Shown here piece after piece: positions 27,101 to 41,700 of a stretch of DNA of 64,000 nt; the stretch's first letter is position 1, and every line of letters starts with the position of its first letter. The position numbers and the translations under genes are program-made. The DNA is from Eledone cirrhosa (Eukaryota), in contig OZ024740.1 in assembly GCA_964016885.1 (NCBI GenBank), forward strand, positions 311,550,001 through 311,614,000, read 5' to 3'. Under the pieces are notes generated by a model. It did no database searches, was not told where the DNA came from, and worked only from the letters and a program-made list of their open reading frames with translations.

Positions 27101-27979
27101 AATTGAACTGCTGTATTCAGATTCCTTTATTAGTTCAATAGTAATAAAGTTTTTGTTTAATCCATTGTTAGCCTTGGTCAAGCAGTCTTATGATCAAAAT
27201 CATTCCATCCTTTACCATCTAATCTTGTTGCTCTTTCTAGCAAGTCAAGCGACTGTACAAAGACTGCTTCATTGGTTCAAGGATATTAAAGTTTTCTGAA
27301 ATGGTAAAGAGTACAGGTCACTTCTTTATATTATCTTTGACAACACTTTACCATCTGAAGATCAACTTTTATTGAAATTTGGACCTTGTACTTTATCTCA
27401 ATGGAATTGTTAAACCCCAGAATAGCCTTGATCAAGTAGACTTATATACACTATCCTCTATTTAAGATAGTAGTATTGGTAAAGTTGAGGGGTTAAATAT
27501 TACTTATATCTTTTTATAACTACAAGTTGAAATCTTCCAAGGATCTTGTTTTTTACAAACGATTATAAGAAAAATACCTTTCAACGCAGTTAGTGGTTCC
27601 CTAAACTTCTTCCATCCTATACTTATTTTAGCTACTATGATCTTGTGTGGTGTGTCGTAAGGGTTGGTGTCAGGAAGGGCCATCCAACTGTAAAACATTG
27701 CCTCAAAACATCCTATCTGACCCATGCCAGCGTGGAAAAGTGGACATAAAACAATGTTGATGATGATGGTGATGATGACAATAATACTGAGGATGATGAC
27801 AATGATGCTGATGATGATAAGTGTAACTAGGATTACATTCTAGTAAGATGTAGTTTGAGGGTGATCTGGCTGCTAGTTCTAGCAATTGGAGCAACCACAT
27901 CAAAACTCCCTTGTTGGCTGACTGGTGGTGGTGGTGGTGGTGGTTGCCGTGTGTGTATTATAATATGAAATCATTAGAC

Positions 27980-28098
<119 letters not shown>

Positions 28099-28212
28099 AC
28101 ATCATATGTCCAACTTCCACGCTGACATGGGTTAGACAGGATTGATCCACTTGAGGCAAGATTGGTCGGGTGACCGTGTCTCGCTCATATAGAACTGTAT
28201 ATATATATATAT

Positions 28213-28415
28213 ATAGGAAAAGAGTCAGGACCCCGACGGCTGAGCTCCGGTCGTTTCGACAGCTAGATCTGAACAGTTCGGATCTAGCTGTCAAAACTGC
28301 TGGCACTCAGCCATCGGGGTCCTGACTCTTTTCCTATTACCCACTCTACTACCCTAAGTATCGAGTACTCTGGTGTGTTATGGTTCACCTGGTTTCTTAC
28401 CACACTTTCTTTCTT
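28213..28415. mobile_element. Fold-back element in a TA microsatellite
   Basis: ataggaaaagagtcaggaccccga at 28213 pairs with tcggggtcctgactcttttcctat ending at 28337; inner stem gacagctagatc/gatctagctgtc. Confidence 0.7.
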
Positions 28416-28735
28416 ATATATATATATATATATATATGAGAAAGTAAGTCCATAGAATCATTTGATAAAATATATACAGGCCGGGTGATGTGTTGTTTCC
28501 TTGAGCAAGACACTTTATTTCACATTGCTCCAGTTTACTCAGCTGTAGAAATGAGATGATAGGGACTAAGGGTCCCTATCATTCCACTGCAAAGGGGTCG
28601 TGGAGGTGCCACGGCAAAAAAGCACCCAGCATTCACTGTAAATGAGGTTGGTGTTAGGAAGGGCATCCAGCTGTAGAAATCAAGCCAGAATCGGTTCCCA
28701 TCCCACCCTTGCAAGCAGGGAAAAGTGGACGTAAA

Positions 28736-28766
<31 letters not shown>

Positions 28767-29419
28767 GTTTGTTGCTTCGTACTTGCAGCAACATGCTTCT
28801 GGCTTCCAGGATATAAATAAATGTCTCTTTAACACTCAATCCTCTATAAATATAAATTTATTGTCAAAAGTTGATTATCTGTACAGACAATAGAATATCT
28901 CAATAGTAGATAAGCTGTAGAAGAACAATTGACACAAAATAGAACATGGTTTGTCAATAACTGTTCTATTCCTTCTAACAGGATTATGGAAGGAATATAG
29001 CAGGAGTTAACCTGTAATAAGTCTTTACATCTTCCCTGTCCGGTTCATCTCCGTGTTTACGTGTGCAGTGGTTTTCACGAGAAGGTGACAATGTATTCAT
29101 ACGCGACTTACCATTGGTCTGTTTAACCTTATTGCATATGAAAATATTGCTATTGCGAGGTATGATGTAGTTCCACTACAGTAGGATATGATTTGAGGGA
29201 GAATTTGCTGCTATTGTAGCCTCTATTAGTTTGATCTGAATGGAATTGATAAAATATATACCAGTAGTATAATGGAGTGAAGCTAATTGATAATATCTCC
29301 CTTGCATTACTGAAAAAACCTTTGAGCAATTTTTAGTAGCCCAAGTCCTTATTTTTATTTTTTGTTTATATGGGGAGCACCATAGAGCTAAGTTGGCTTC
29401 AATTTCCAGGTTGTAACTA

Positions 29420-30540
29420 TTCTGCTAAGCTAGCCATTGTTGCTTGATTTTGTAAGAGTGATGAAAATATGAAGAGCTTGTTAACAGTAGCATTATCTGA
29501 ATATGCAGCAGAGGTTGAAATACATAAAGCAGTTCCAAATATAGTTTCTGAGACAACCGATGGTGCATAGCGAATAATTGATCGAGAAGCAAATTTAGTA
29601 AATTTGTTTGCAAAACATGGTGGACATTCACTGATAGACTTTCGTTGTATTATACATGGAGGGGCTTTGTATGCAAAAGATGGCATTAAATAACTGGAAG
29701 ATGTGATTAAAATTGCAACCAAGGTAGCGAATTTTATGTCTGCACGTGATTTGAAAAAAAAAAAATATAAGACAATTTTAGGATTTATTGAACGAGATGA
29801 AATCGGTGTACACAGAACTACTTATAACCGTTGGCTTAGTCGAAGTTCAGTTCTTAAACGATTTATTGAGTGTTTGCACGAAATTCGTCAGGTTTTGACA
29901 AATGAAAATAACTTCTTGTTAAAAATTATCTGACGTTGAGTGGATTTATAAATTAATGTTTTAAAAAAATTCTCTTCACATTTAAATGATTTCAGTACCA
30001 ATTTACAAGGATTTGGAAAAACACTTGATGTTATGTTAAATAATATAAAAACAATATGAAATCAAACTAAACATTTTTCAACAGAATATCAACAATACTC
30101 CTTGTACATGTTCCCCAAACCTTAGAAACACAACAGGTCATCAAAGCGTTTAAAAGTAATTATTGGGTATCGTTGAAAAAATTTTGTTAAGATTTACTAT
30201 ATGTTATTTGAAGAAACGGTAACAATGTGTAAACAGTGTAACTTTAGACAACTTGAATTTGGAACAAACTGCAGTGGATTGATTTAGATAACTTTGAGAA
30301 GCAACCGATTGATTTACAAAGCAGCTCGGCTCGGAGGCAAATATTTGTAAACTTGAGAACTGAGTTAGAAAACATTGAAATAAATCGGTTAGTGACAGGA
30401 ATGCTAGCACTCAAAATAAAGCCTTGAAAATTTTGTCTGTCTGAAACATTTTGTAGTTGAAATCATCATCATGCTAGCATGAGTTGGGCAATATTAACAG
30501 TATTTTCATCAACATACTCCTGTGATTAATTGTTTGCTAT
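29420..30540 (+). mobile_element. Decayed hAT (Buster/SPIN-like) transposase
   Basis: TTDGA, CIIHGGAL, RWLSRSSVLKRF, LQG and FSSTYSC motifs with stops and frameshifts. Confidence 0.8.
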
Positions 30541-31562
30541 AATAGCTAGACCATTCGCATAAAAGGAGTTTCCACGGCCAACTAGTATAAAACTCCATTG
30601 TTATATAGCCCGAGGAACTGAGAAGTAAGCCCTGATCGATATCCACCCGTGCGTTAAATTCCTTACCAGCTCTCACCTGATTGATAGTAACTCTTTACAT
30701 GGCTTGTACAGTTCTTTTAAGTCACCTGTAATTAGTTTTCTTAGCGGTCACCAGATTACAGAGAACGGTGTCTTGTCAAGGGTCTTCTCTATACCAACGA
30801 ATGTTAGGAATAGTGGCTTACTCTTATTTGAGAACTTATAGTGTTGTTTCAATAGGAAGAAGGCATCGGTCGTATCTCATCTTGGTACAAACTTGAACTT
30901 CATCTCATCTAATCTAACCCCTATTCGAAAAAACAGTAGTGCTTCAATTCTTTCTGTTACTTCCAGTGTATATTTGAGGGAGGAGAAAGTCTATTATATC
31001 GACCCTGGTACTTTTATGTTATCGACTTCGGAAGGAAGAAAAGCTAAATCAACCTCGGCGGGATTTGAACTCAGAACATAAACAGACAGAACAAATACTG
31101 CTAAGCATTTGCCCGACTCTGTAACGACTCTGCCAATTCACCGCCAGTCTATTTGTATATTAATTTTCTGTTTGTAACTTTTGAATATAACCGAACGTTA
31201 GATAGATAGATAGAGAGAGGCGGGGAGTTGAAAGTAACAGAGAGAGAGAAAACACGTTGACAGTGGAAGATTCTTTTGTAAATTGAAGCAAAACAATATT
31301 TGATTGGCAGTGTCTATGTATGTGTGCCTCTCTATGTAACTGAGCGTATGTATTTGACAAAAGTATTTGGAACTGATTACAAGGAAAATAAAACAATACT
31401 CGAAACAGAGAGAGACTGTATCACACTTCTAGAATGTGCTCAACAAAAGCAGAAGAAAGTCAATTTTCTCAACTGTCAATTCAATAAGAGTTAACGAGAC
31501 TAAACTTAATCACCAAGCTAATATATGATGTATCTCTGAAATTATAGACACTTTATATAGAA

Positions 31563-32384
31563 CTAGCAGTAAAGCCCGGCGTTGCTCGGGGTCGCTCAGT
31601 AGCTGTGTTAAAGTTACAATGTTAAGTTTCTTTCTTGGCTTAAAAACTGTAGTGTCTACTGTGCAGACTTGCATGTGGTGTTTTTGATTAATATTCCCTC
31701 AACCAACAATATGCCTTATGAAGTTAAGAAAACATAACGATAACCCGAATGTTATAACAAAAGAGGATGCTGGGGATAGAAACTGCACTGGTTATTTATT
31801 AACAAAGATCGAAAATATAAACACTGCAACGCAGAGAAAAACATTAGCGTAACCAAATTATCAGTTATGTCTGTCTGCACGCCTATATCACCTCTCTGCA
31901 CGACTATCTGTCTGCACGCGTATATCACCTCTCTGCACGACTATCTGTCTGCACGCCTAACGACGAAATATTTGCTTGTTTTACGTAGTCTTTAAATAGA
32001 CTTGTTTTCAAGTAAAAATATTGTTTTAAAATGCTTTTAAATGGAAATGAAGCAAAACGGAAGCTTAGTATTCGAACTGATGAATTTTGCAGGTCAATAT
32101 TTTGCTGGCTCGACAACTGTTCGTGTATTGTAATTTTTTACGTAAGACGCGCAATGTAAACAGAACAAAGGGAAATAACTGATAACTTACGCTCAAAAAT
32201 CGATACATTATATTCGATTTCGTCACATAGGGTGGGTCAATTTGAAATTTTTTTTTCCGATGTCTTCGCTAGGGCTCAATGTACAAGTATAGCAATTTCG
32301 GTGCAATTCCGTCAGAGATTCTAAGAGGAGATGTGTGCCAAAAATCGATAGACAGACAGACAACCACAGTTTTATATATATAGA
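31563..32384 (-). mobile_element. Non-autonomous Helitron
   Basis: Minus-strand 5' end TCTATATATATAAAACTG and 3' end cccgagcaacgccggg hairpin followed by CTAG. Near-identical copy at 56956-57642. Confidence 0.85.
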
Positions 32385-33069
32385 ATTATGAAAGAAAATG
32401 ATATTTACGCAATATTTAGAAAATGTTACAAGAAGTGGAAGAAAAGTGATGGAGTGTAGCGTTTTGTTATATTCGAAAATCACAGACGACAATATTCATA
32501 TAGAAATACACTATACACTGTTATAAATATTTTTTATTATTACATTAATTTGCCTTTCATCCTTACGGGGTCGATAAAATAAAGTACCAGTAATGCACTG
32601 GGTAATTGCTGGCCTTGTGCCTAAAGTAGGAACAATTATTACATTCATTTGATTGGCAGTATCGGTAGAGGGTCGGACGCCATGCTTTCCAGCATAGTTA
32701 CGTCCCTTTACGATCTGAGTCCAAATCCCGCCGAGGTTGACTTTGCCTTTCATCCTTACGGGGTCGATAAAATAAAGTACCAGCAATGCACTGGGTATTT
32801 GCTGGCCTTGTGCCTAAAGTAGAAACAATTATTACATTAATTTGATATGACATATAAAGAAAAAATGATGTCTAAACACTCACATTTTCAAATCAATCTA
32901 ATAATTACGTCATCATTAGGTGATAATATAACAAATTCATATGAGATAATTTTAAAATTAATTATTCTAACCATTCTCTATCCATTTGTATGATTATTGT
33001 CGTGTAAAGAATCTCGTCTTCATCGTTGTTGTTGACTTTTCCATCAAGACAAGATTCTACCTATTGAAT

Positions 33070-34220
33070 AACTGGAGGATGATCCGTATGAGCATAAGTA
33101 TCATTTAAGCACACCCAGCCCTCTTCCTGGTGAGGAACTGCTTCGCCATGCCGAAGCTCCTCTATACCCTTCGCAGCGCTCTGTGTTACCACCACGCATC
33201 TCCCCTCGCTGACCTCGACACTTGTATCCGAGCGGCAGCTGAGGAGATATGCAACGTCAGGTTTGACGACACTGGATGGCAACAGGCCACCTTACCTGTT
33301 AGATATGGCGGCCTTGGCCTCCGGTCTCCGATCTCGCTGTCTTTGTCGGCGTTTCTTTCGTCGGTAACCTCATGCCGCATCCTCGTCAACAGGGTTCTCC
33401 TAAACACAATGGAACCCTCTGTGATCGAGGAACGTGACGCCGCCTGCGAGACGTGGAACCGGCCGGGACTTAGCCCAGTAGACGTCCCTCCTACTTCTCC
33501 CCCTGCTGACGTCAAGTCCCCACAAAGTATTTGGGATGCTATCCAGTGCAGCCTGGCTTCAGACAGGCTAACGCGCCAACTCGACTAGCACCGCCTTGCA
33601 TATTTTCGCGCGGCCTCACAACCTCATAGTGGTGCCTGGCTCCATGCCTTACCCTCCTTCTCCACCGGCACTTAGCTGGACAACGATAGTCTGCGAATCG
33701 GGGTTTCCCTGAGTTTTGGCCTTCGGATCTGCGAGCCACACAAATGTCACTCCGGATCCACCTTTTACTCTTTCAGCCTCCACCCGCTGACCTGTCGCTA
33801 CAGTGCCGGCCGCCTTCCACACCATACCGCCTTCAATGAGGTCCCAAAGTATGGCTTGGATGCTGCAGGGTTTCCCTCCCAGCTCCAGCCGGTAGGGCTG
33901 GACCGAGGAGACGGCAAAAGGCCAGACGGTATGACAATCTTCACGTTCTGCGGTGGAAAACTTCTCGTCTGGGATGCCACTTGCAGCGACACTTTTTCCA
34001 GTGGCAACCTGGTGCAATCTGCGATTAACCCAGGTTCTACTGCACTTCGGGCTGAGGAGGGCAAACTCTCCAAGTACTGGTCATTTTCCGACAGGTTTGC
34101 GGTCGTGCCCTTAGCAGTGGAGACTCCCGGTTTCCTTGGCCTAGGGCTACCTCCCTACTTACTACGATAGGCGCTGAGCTGGCTAGCCGCAGATGTGAGC
34201 CTCGCAAGATGGGGTGGTTA
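33070..34220 (+). mobile_element. CRE-clade non-LTR retrotransposon 3' part
   Basis: PKLLYTLR, QATLPVRYGGLGLR, SGAWLHALP, KRPDG, VWDATC and PLAVETPG with stops; GC-rich island. Confidence 0.85.
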
Positions 34221-34709
34221 GTACGTGGGACCCCATTTACTCATAATAGAGAGAGATGGGGAGGGTGAGAGAGATAGAGACGATGACAGTGGGAGTTCGG
34301 CTCTTCCGTGTTCGGACACTTTATATAAAAACAGAAAATGAAGAACTCCTAACCACATGCCAAGTAATTTATGTGTTTTAGAAAGAGCATCATATATATG
34401 TTCGGGAATAAAAGTTGATTTTAAGTCTCCCATGTTTCTAAAGCAAACAGAACACAATTCAATATAGATGGAACGGTTATTCGGCAAAAATAAAATACTA
34501 TTTTGTTCAACTGAATACGTGTTTAATATTTTAGACTAACTGAAAAGAGAACTATTTCAGCTCTGTAGGAAACGAAGTCTTACTCCCCTCTTGGCGAAAC
34601 ATTCTTTTGAGTTCCGTTTTATATAGCTAAAATACAGGCCTCTCTTTGGTTCAATAAAACTACTGAAAAATGGTAAACAATTAGAATATTACCTGTTACA
34701 CGAAGGATG

Positions 34710-34898
34710 CCGGGGCTGGATTAACCATTAAGCAACTGAAGCATATGCTTAGGCCCTAAGCCTTATGGCATCAAGGGAAGCGAAGCACCATTTTATTCGA
34801 ATTAGATGTATTTGCCATTCCTTAGATTTTATATGATGGGGTGGGGGTACTATAATCTTTTAAGTAGTTAGTGCATGAAAAGGACTTAATCCGGTCAG
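34710..34898. mobile_element. Putative hAT-type MITE
   Basis: Imperfect terminal inverted repeats ggggctggattaa...ttaatccggtc. Confidence 0.4.
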
Positions 34899-35079
34899 GA
34901 AGGTCATAATGTGTAATGTACATTAGTGCAAATTGTCTTAAAATATTCGTTTTCAAATATTTTGTTCAATATATTGTAGGGTGTGGAATAACAGCAGCTA
35001 AATCTCCTTAAACATAAGGTATTATTTCAACTTAAAAGGGTGTATTATTGTTTCAAATCCAGTGTATTGCTGACTATGA

Positions 35080-35952
35080 AGGAATAATGCTCGAGCTGTG
35101 AAATCTTTCATGCATTAATTTCAACTCTTCTTGTTAATAACTGCATTGTTTCTTTCCAGGTAAACTGACATATGTCTGACTGTTCAAAGAAGACTTCGAA
35201 AGTAACTAGTAACGACTTCTCCTGAAAATGGACAACATTTGGCATTGTGGTGTTATCAAGTACCGGCAGAAAAATGGTTTAGCTTCCAAGGACATTCATG
35301 CTGACATGGTTGCTACATTAAAGGATAACACTTCCACTTTATCAACAGGGCAAAAGTGGGCAGCTAAATTCTGGAGGGGAAAGGAGAGTCTTGAAGATTA
35401 CCCAAGGTCGTTCCATCTGCAGGGAATGTGATGGCTTCAGATTTTTGGGATACAAAACGGATTATGTTTATTGACTATCTTTAAAAGGGCCGCATCATCA
35501 ATGGAGAGTACTATGCCAACATGCTGAGGCAATTTCAAAAGGCTATTAAGACCAAGATCCCAGGAAAACCGACGAAAGGGGTCTTGTTTCATCAGGACAA
35601 TACTCCAGCACACAGGTCAATGGCTACTGTGCATGACAGTGGCTTTGAATTGGTTGATCACGCTCCCTATTCTCCTGATTTGGCCCCATCTGACTTTTAT
35701 CTATTCCCCAACATGAAAAAAAAAAACACTTGGTTGGGAACCAGTAACGCATTAATGATGACGTCATATCTGCTGTTGATGGTTTTTTTTAACCAACAGG
35801 ATGAAAGGTTCTTCCCCAATGGGATCCAAGCACTGCAACACCAATGGAAGAAGTGTGTGGACCGTAAGGGGGACTATGTTGAGAAATAAACCTCATCTGG
35901 TCATATTCTATGAGAGTATCTTGGCCAGCCTTTTAACTTTTCAGCCGACCCT
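35080..35952 (+). mobile_element. Internally deleted mariner
   Basis: KWAAKFWRGKESLEDYPRS joined to ASDFWD...FHQDNTPAH and HAPYSPDLAPSDFYLFPNMK, ending GDYVEK*. Confidence 0.9.
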
Positions 35953-38339
35953 TTTACATTATTGAAATTTAAACATGGGAGGGGAGGTTTTCATAATAGC
36001 TAGAATAGTTCATTTTAGCAGTCATATCTCATAAACAAGCTATGCATCGTCTTTAAACTAAGAACTATATATTTCAAGTCTTATATCATACCTTCTACCA
36101 TACCCAAATTAAAAACAAGTATGTTGATTGTAAGCTTTATTTATTGGGTAGCGTAAATAACATGTGTTTCCTCAGGCTAAACAGATCTCTGTCACACAAA
36201 AACAGGAATGTTTTCGGTTATTGTATTATATTTCGGAGCTGTGACATACAAAATTAACCATAGTGAAATTTGAACTCAAATAACAGAAGCATTAAACTAA
36301 ATATGTTATTGTAATGTAAATGCAAGTAACGTATTCATTAAGTTTATGAGGATTTTAAAAAATGTTTTTCTTTTGGACGAAAATATCATTTGAAGGATTT
36401 TGGATACGCTTTGTTACACATAAAAGTGTTTTTCATTCTCTAAAATATAAATGTCTTTTTATTCGATATTGAGAAATTACAGTAGCCTTGCGTCATCAAA
36501 TATACTTCTCTTTACTAGTGCTCATTGTACCGTTATAAATACGATAAAAATCGATGTGATATTTTCACAGTTAGTTGCTCAATGTTCATGTAAGGAGAAG
36601 CAAAATCTGCCTTAAAACCTGTGTAATATGTTTGCATGTAGCTATTGGTTGATAGCTTTTATGCAAATGTCTAAAAGTTTAATTTAGTTTTGTTTATATC
36701 TAGAGATATGAAATAATTAAGCTTTTATCAGAAGGCAATGACTTTCCAAAATCATTAGTACATTCGACAAAATGTCTTGTAGAATTTAGAGCTTTTTATG
36801 AATCCTCCAGCCTCGTGGTCATCTTTCCCAGGTCGATAGAGTACTGAGATTAATTTGTATTCCTATAATGCATTCTAGATGCAAATCAAATTTAACAGAA
36901 TACAAAAAAAAGTAAATAAATCAAACAAAGTAAAGCAACAACAACAACTAAAGAAAATAGAACTAGTGTGTTTGTTTTTAATTGAGTTGTTGGAGCACTA
37001 CCAAAGACCACATCTTTAGAATTAGTAGAACTTGGAACAAAATGCATGGTTGCATTGAGTTACATTTTTTTTTGTGAGTTCAAACCCTGGATATATCTTT
37101 CATCTTTCTGAGGTTGATAAAATAAATACAACTTAAATCGACAACCTTACACACTGATGTATGGCCATATGTTAAAAATGTTATAAATAATTATCATCAC
37201 TAGCAGCTCAAATATAGCCACAGCCAATGTTGCCTTTTGTCATTTAGGACTCGATAATATACGTAAGTACCTGTAATATATTAGATCGATATACATTCCA
37301 CAAATTTTTACTTTTAGAAATTATTATTGATTTCGTATTAATAAACATCCACACACCTGGGAGGACAGAACAAAGTAGTCATTACACCGACCACAGTACC
37401 TGACTTTAAAAAGTCTATTCCAAGCCCAGAGGCTCATCAGACCGGAGAATATCCTGGTTTCAATGACGTTAGCTGACTGAAAGTACAAAACTCCCCTCAT
37501 GGTCTTGACGCCCAAACGCTCAGCTTGATGTCTAGTTCGATATCGTTTTAGCCATTCATATTGACTTAAAATTTTGTTAAACATCTGTATTTATAAAGAT
37601 TGAAATTTCTAATAACTAATAAAGCGATTGAGAATTTGAATAAATGCCCGGAAGACATTGATGTCAACTGCATCCGCTCTGTCTACATTTGGAAGTTTCT
37701 TGGAACTATAAAGCATGAACATATGCTAAAAATGAATTTCTAACATTTAGAAAGAAATTTTCATTTTACTCAGCTATTGAATTAATTATTTAACTGTGAG
37801 CTATTGCTTTCAAAAGAATGCGGATTTCAGATATTTTCTCTGTATATATCTACAGTCTCTGTATTCAATACACGTACATAATCCAAGTTAATTAAAAGTA
37901 ACGGTTTTTATTATTACAGCTTAGGTATCAGTAAACAAGATATATTTATTATCAATTGAGCAGAACTTTACATTAAGATTTCAAATCAGTTAGTACTAGT
38001 TGAATCATTTGTGTAATATATTAACAACAAAAAGTTCAGCGATTTAGGTTATGTTCCCGGTACTGTTCTGTGTCAAAAAGGTATGATACTTAACTTTCGT
38101 CAAGTCAGGATATCTACCAGAAGAACTTTTAATTTAACCCGTACAAAGGTGAGGAACCTTTGATATTTAGATATCAACAGTATGACCGAGGTAAAATACT
38201 TTTCATCATTCGGGGTCGATGAAATAAAGTACCAGTGAAGAACTGAAGTCGATATAACCTCCCCCCCCCCTCAATTGCTGGCCTGGTGCCAATGTTAAAA
38301 AATTATTTTAGTTTGATATAGATGTATGCTTGAATATTG

Positions 38340-38590
38340 ATTTTTGGTTTTATTAAGACGACATTAGATGGGTCGCAGACGATATACAAAAATATTGATT
38401 TTATTAAGACATTAGATGGGTCGCAGACGATATACAAAAATATTGATTTTATTAAGACATTAGATGGGTCGCAGACGATATACAAAAATATTGATTTTAT
38501 TAAGACATTAGATGGGTCGCAGACGATATACAAAAATATTGATTTTATTAAGACATTAGATGGGTCGCAGACGATATACAAACATATTGT
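38340..38590. repeat. 48-bp minisatellite, about 5 copies
   Basis: Unit attgattttattaagacattagatgggtcgcagacgatatacaaaaat. Confidence 0.95.
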
Positions 38591-38740
38591 TCATCATGGT
38601 GTAGCAAGCTACTTTCCTTTGGCACATTGATACTCTGTCCGTGCGTGATTTGGCTAAGTTAGGCCAATCGCTATCCGCGCACGGATATGTATCTTCAACT
38701 TCCGCCCAAACCGAGACTTTCCCCGCGACCTTTAATAAAC

Positions 38741-41700
38741 TAATTCTCTTGCAACTGTGACTGTGGTAAGGTAAACACCAATAATTCTCTTGCAACTGTG
38801 ACTGTGGTAAGGTAAACACCAATTATTCTCTTGCAACTGTGACTGTGGTAAGGTAAACACCAATTATTCTCTTGCAACTGTGACTGTGGTAAGGTAAACA
38901 CCAATTATTCTCTTGCAACTGTGACTGTGGTAAGGTAAACACCAATAATTCTCTTGCAACTGTGACTGTGGTAAGGTAAACACCAATTATTCTCTTGCAA
39001 CTGTGACTGTGGTAAGGTAAACACCAATAATTCTCTTGCAACTGTGACTGTGGTAAGGTAAACACCAATTATTCTCTTGCAACTGTGACTGTGGTAAGGT
39101 AAACACCAATTATTCTCTTGCAACTGTGACTGTGGTAAGGTAAACACCAATAATTCTCTTGCAACTGTGACTGTGGTAAGGTAAACACCAATTATTCTCT
39201 TGCAACTGTGACTGTGGTAAGGTAACCACCAATTATTCTCTTGCAACTGTGACTGTGGTAAGGTAAACACCAATTATTCTCTTGCAACTGTGACTGTGGT
39301 AAGGTAAACACCAATAATTCTCTTGCAACTGTGACTGTGGTAAGGTAAACACCAATTATTCTCTTGCAACTGTGACTGTGGTAAGGTAAACACCAATTAT
39401 TCTCTTGCAACTGTGACTGTGGTAAGGTAAACACCAATTATTCTCTTGCAACTGTGACTGTGGTAAGGTAAACACCAATTATTCTCTTGCAACTGTGACT
39501 GTGGTAAGGTAAACACCAATAATTCTCTTGCAACTGTGACTGTGGTAAGGTAAACACCAATTATTCTCTTGCAACTGTGACTGTGGTAAGGTAAACACCA
39601 ATTATTCTCTTGCAACGGTGACTGTGGTAAGGTAAACACCAATTATTCTCTTGCAACTGTGACTGTGGTAAGGTAAACACCAATTATTCTCTTGCAACTG
39701 TGACTGTGGTAAGGTAAACACCAATTATTCTCTTGCAACTGTGACTGTGGTAAGGTAAACACCAATTATTCTCTTGCAACTGTGACTGTGGTAAGGTAAA
39801 CACCAATTATTCTCTTGCAACTGTGACTGTGGTAAGGTAAACACCAATTATTCTCTTGCAACTGTGACTGTGGTAAGGTAAACACCAATTATTCTCTTGC
39901 AACTGTGACTGTGGTAAGGTAAACACCAATTATTCTCTTGCAACTGTGACTGTGGTAAGGTAAACACCAATTATTCTCTTGCAACTGTGACTGTGGTAAG
40001 GTAAACACCAATAATTCTCTTGCAACTGTGACTGTGGTAAGGTAAACACCAATTATTCTCTTGCAACCGTGACTGTGGTAAGGTAAACACCAATTATTCT
40101 CTTGCAACTGTGACTGTGGTAAGGTAAACACCAATTATTCTCTTGCAACTGTGACTGTGGTAAGGTAAACACCAATTATTCTCTTGCAACTGTGACTGTG
40201 GTAAAGTAAACACCAATTATTCTCTTGCAACTGTGACTGTGGTAAGGTAAACACCAATTATTCTCTTGCAACTGTGACTGTGGTAAGGTAAACACCAATT
40301 ATTCTCTTGCAACTGTGACTGTGGTAAGGTAAACACCAATTATTCTCTTGCAACTGTGACTGTGGTAAGGTAAACACCAATTATTCTCTTGCAACTGTGA
40401 CTGTGGTAAGGTAAACACCAATTATTCTCTTGCAACTGTGACTGTGGTAAGGTAAACACCAATTATTCTCTTGCAACTGTGACTGTGGTAAGGTAAACAC
40501 CAATTATTCTCTTGCAACTGTGACTGTGGTAAGGTAAACACGAATTATTCTCTTGCAACTGTGACTGTGGTAAGGTAAACACCAATTATTCTCTTGCAAC
40601 TGTGACTGTGGTAAGGTAAACACCAATTATTCTTTTGCAACTGTGACTGTGGTAAGGTAAACACCAATTATTCTCTTGCAACTGTGACTGTGGTAAGGTA
40701 AACACCAATTATTCTCTTGCAACTGTGACTGTGGTAAGGTAAACACCAATTATTCTCTTGCAACTGTGACTGTGGTAAGGTAAACACCAATAATTCTCTT
40801 GCAACTGTGACTGTGGTAAGGTAAACACCAATTATTCTCTTGCAACTGTGACTGTGGTAAGGTAAACACCAATTATTCTCTTGCAACTGTGACTGTGGTA
40901 AGGTAAACACCAATTATTCTCTTGCAACTGTGACTGTGGTAAGGTAAACACCAATTATTCTCTTGCAACCCTGACTGTGGTAAGGTAAACACCAATAACT
41001 CTCTTGCAACTGTGACTGTGGTAAGGTAAACACCAATTATTCTCTTGCAACTGTGACTGTGGTAAGGTAAACACCAATTATTCTCTTGCAACTGTAACTG
41101 TGGTAAGGTAAACACCAATTATTCTCTTGCAACTGTGACTGTGGTAAGGTAAACACCAATTATTCTCTTGCAACTGTGACTGTGGTAAGGTAAACACCAA
41201 TTATTCTCTTGCAACTGTGACTGTGGTAAGGTAAACACCAATTATTCTCTTGCAACTGTGACTGTGGTAAGGTAAACACCAATTATTCTCTTGCAACTGT
41301 AACTGTGGTAAGGTAAACACCAATAATTCTCTTGCAACTGTGACTGTGGTAAGGTAAACACCAATTATTCTCTTGCAACTGTGACTGTGGTAAGGTAAAC
41401 ACCAATTATTCTCTTGCAACTGTGACTGTGGTAAGGTAAACACCAATTATTCTCTTGCAACTGTGACTGTGGTAAGGTAAACACCAATTATTCTCTTGCA
41501 ACCGTGACTGTGGTAAGGTAAACACCAATAACTCTCTTGCAACTGTGACTGTGGTAAGGTAAACACCAATTATTCTCTTGCAACTGTGACTGTGGTAAGG
41601 TAAACACCAATTATTCTCTTGCAACCGTGACTGTGGTAAGGTAAACACCAATAACTCTCTTGCAACTGTGACTGTGGTAAGGTAAACACCAATTATTCTC

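Noticed and set aside
37405-37470. CTGATGA in SINE-like tails (also about 25313) as a hammerhead
   Set aside because: No correctly placed GAAA with stem III and NUH triplet.
38303-38630. 16-aa repeat protein (IDFIKTLDGSQTIYKN)n
   Set aside because: A 48-bp minisatellite open on both strands, with identical units and no synonymous variation or splice support.
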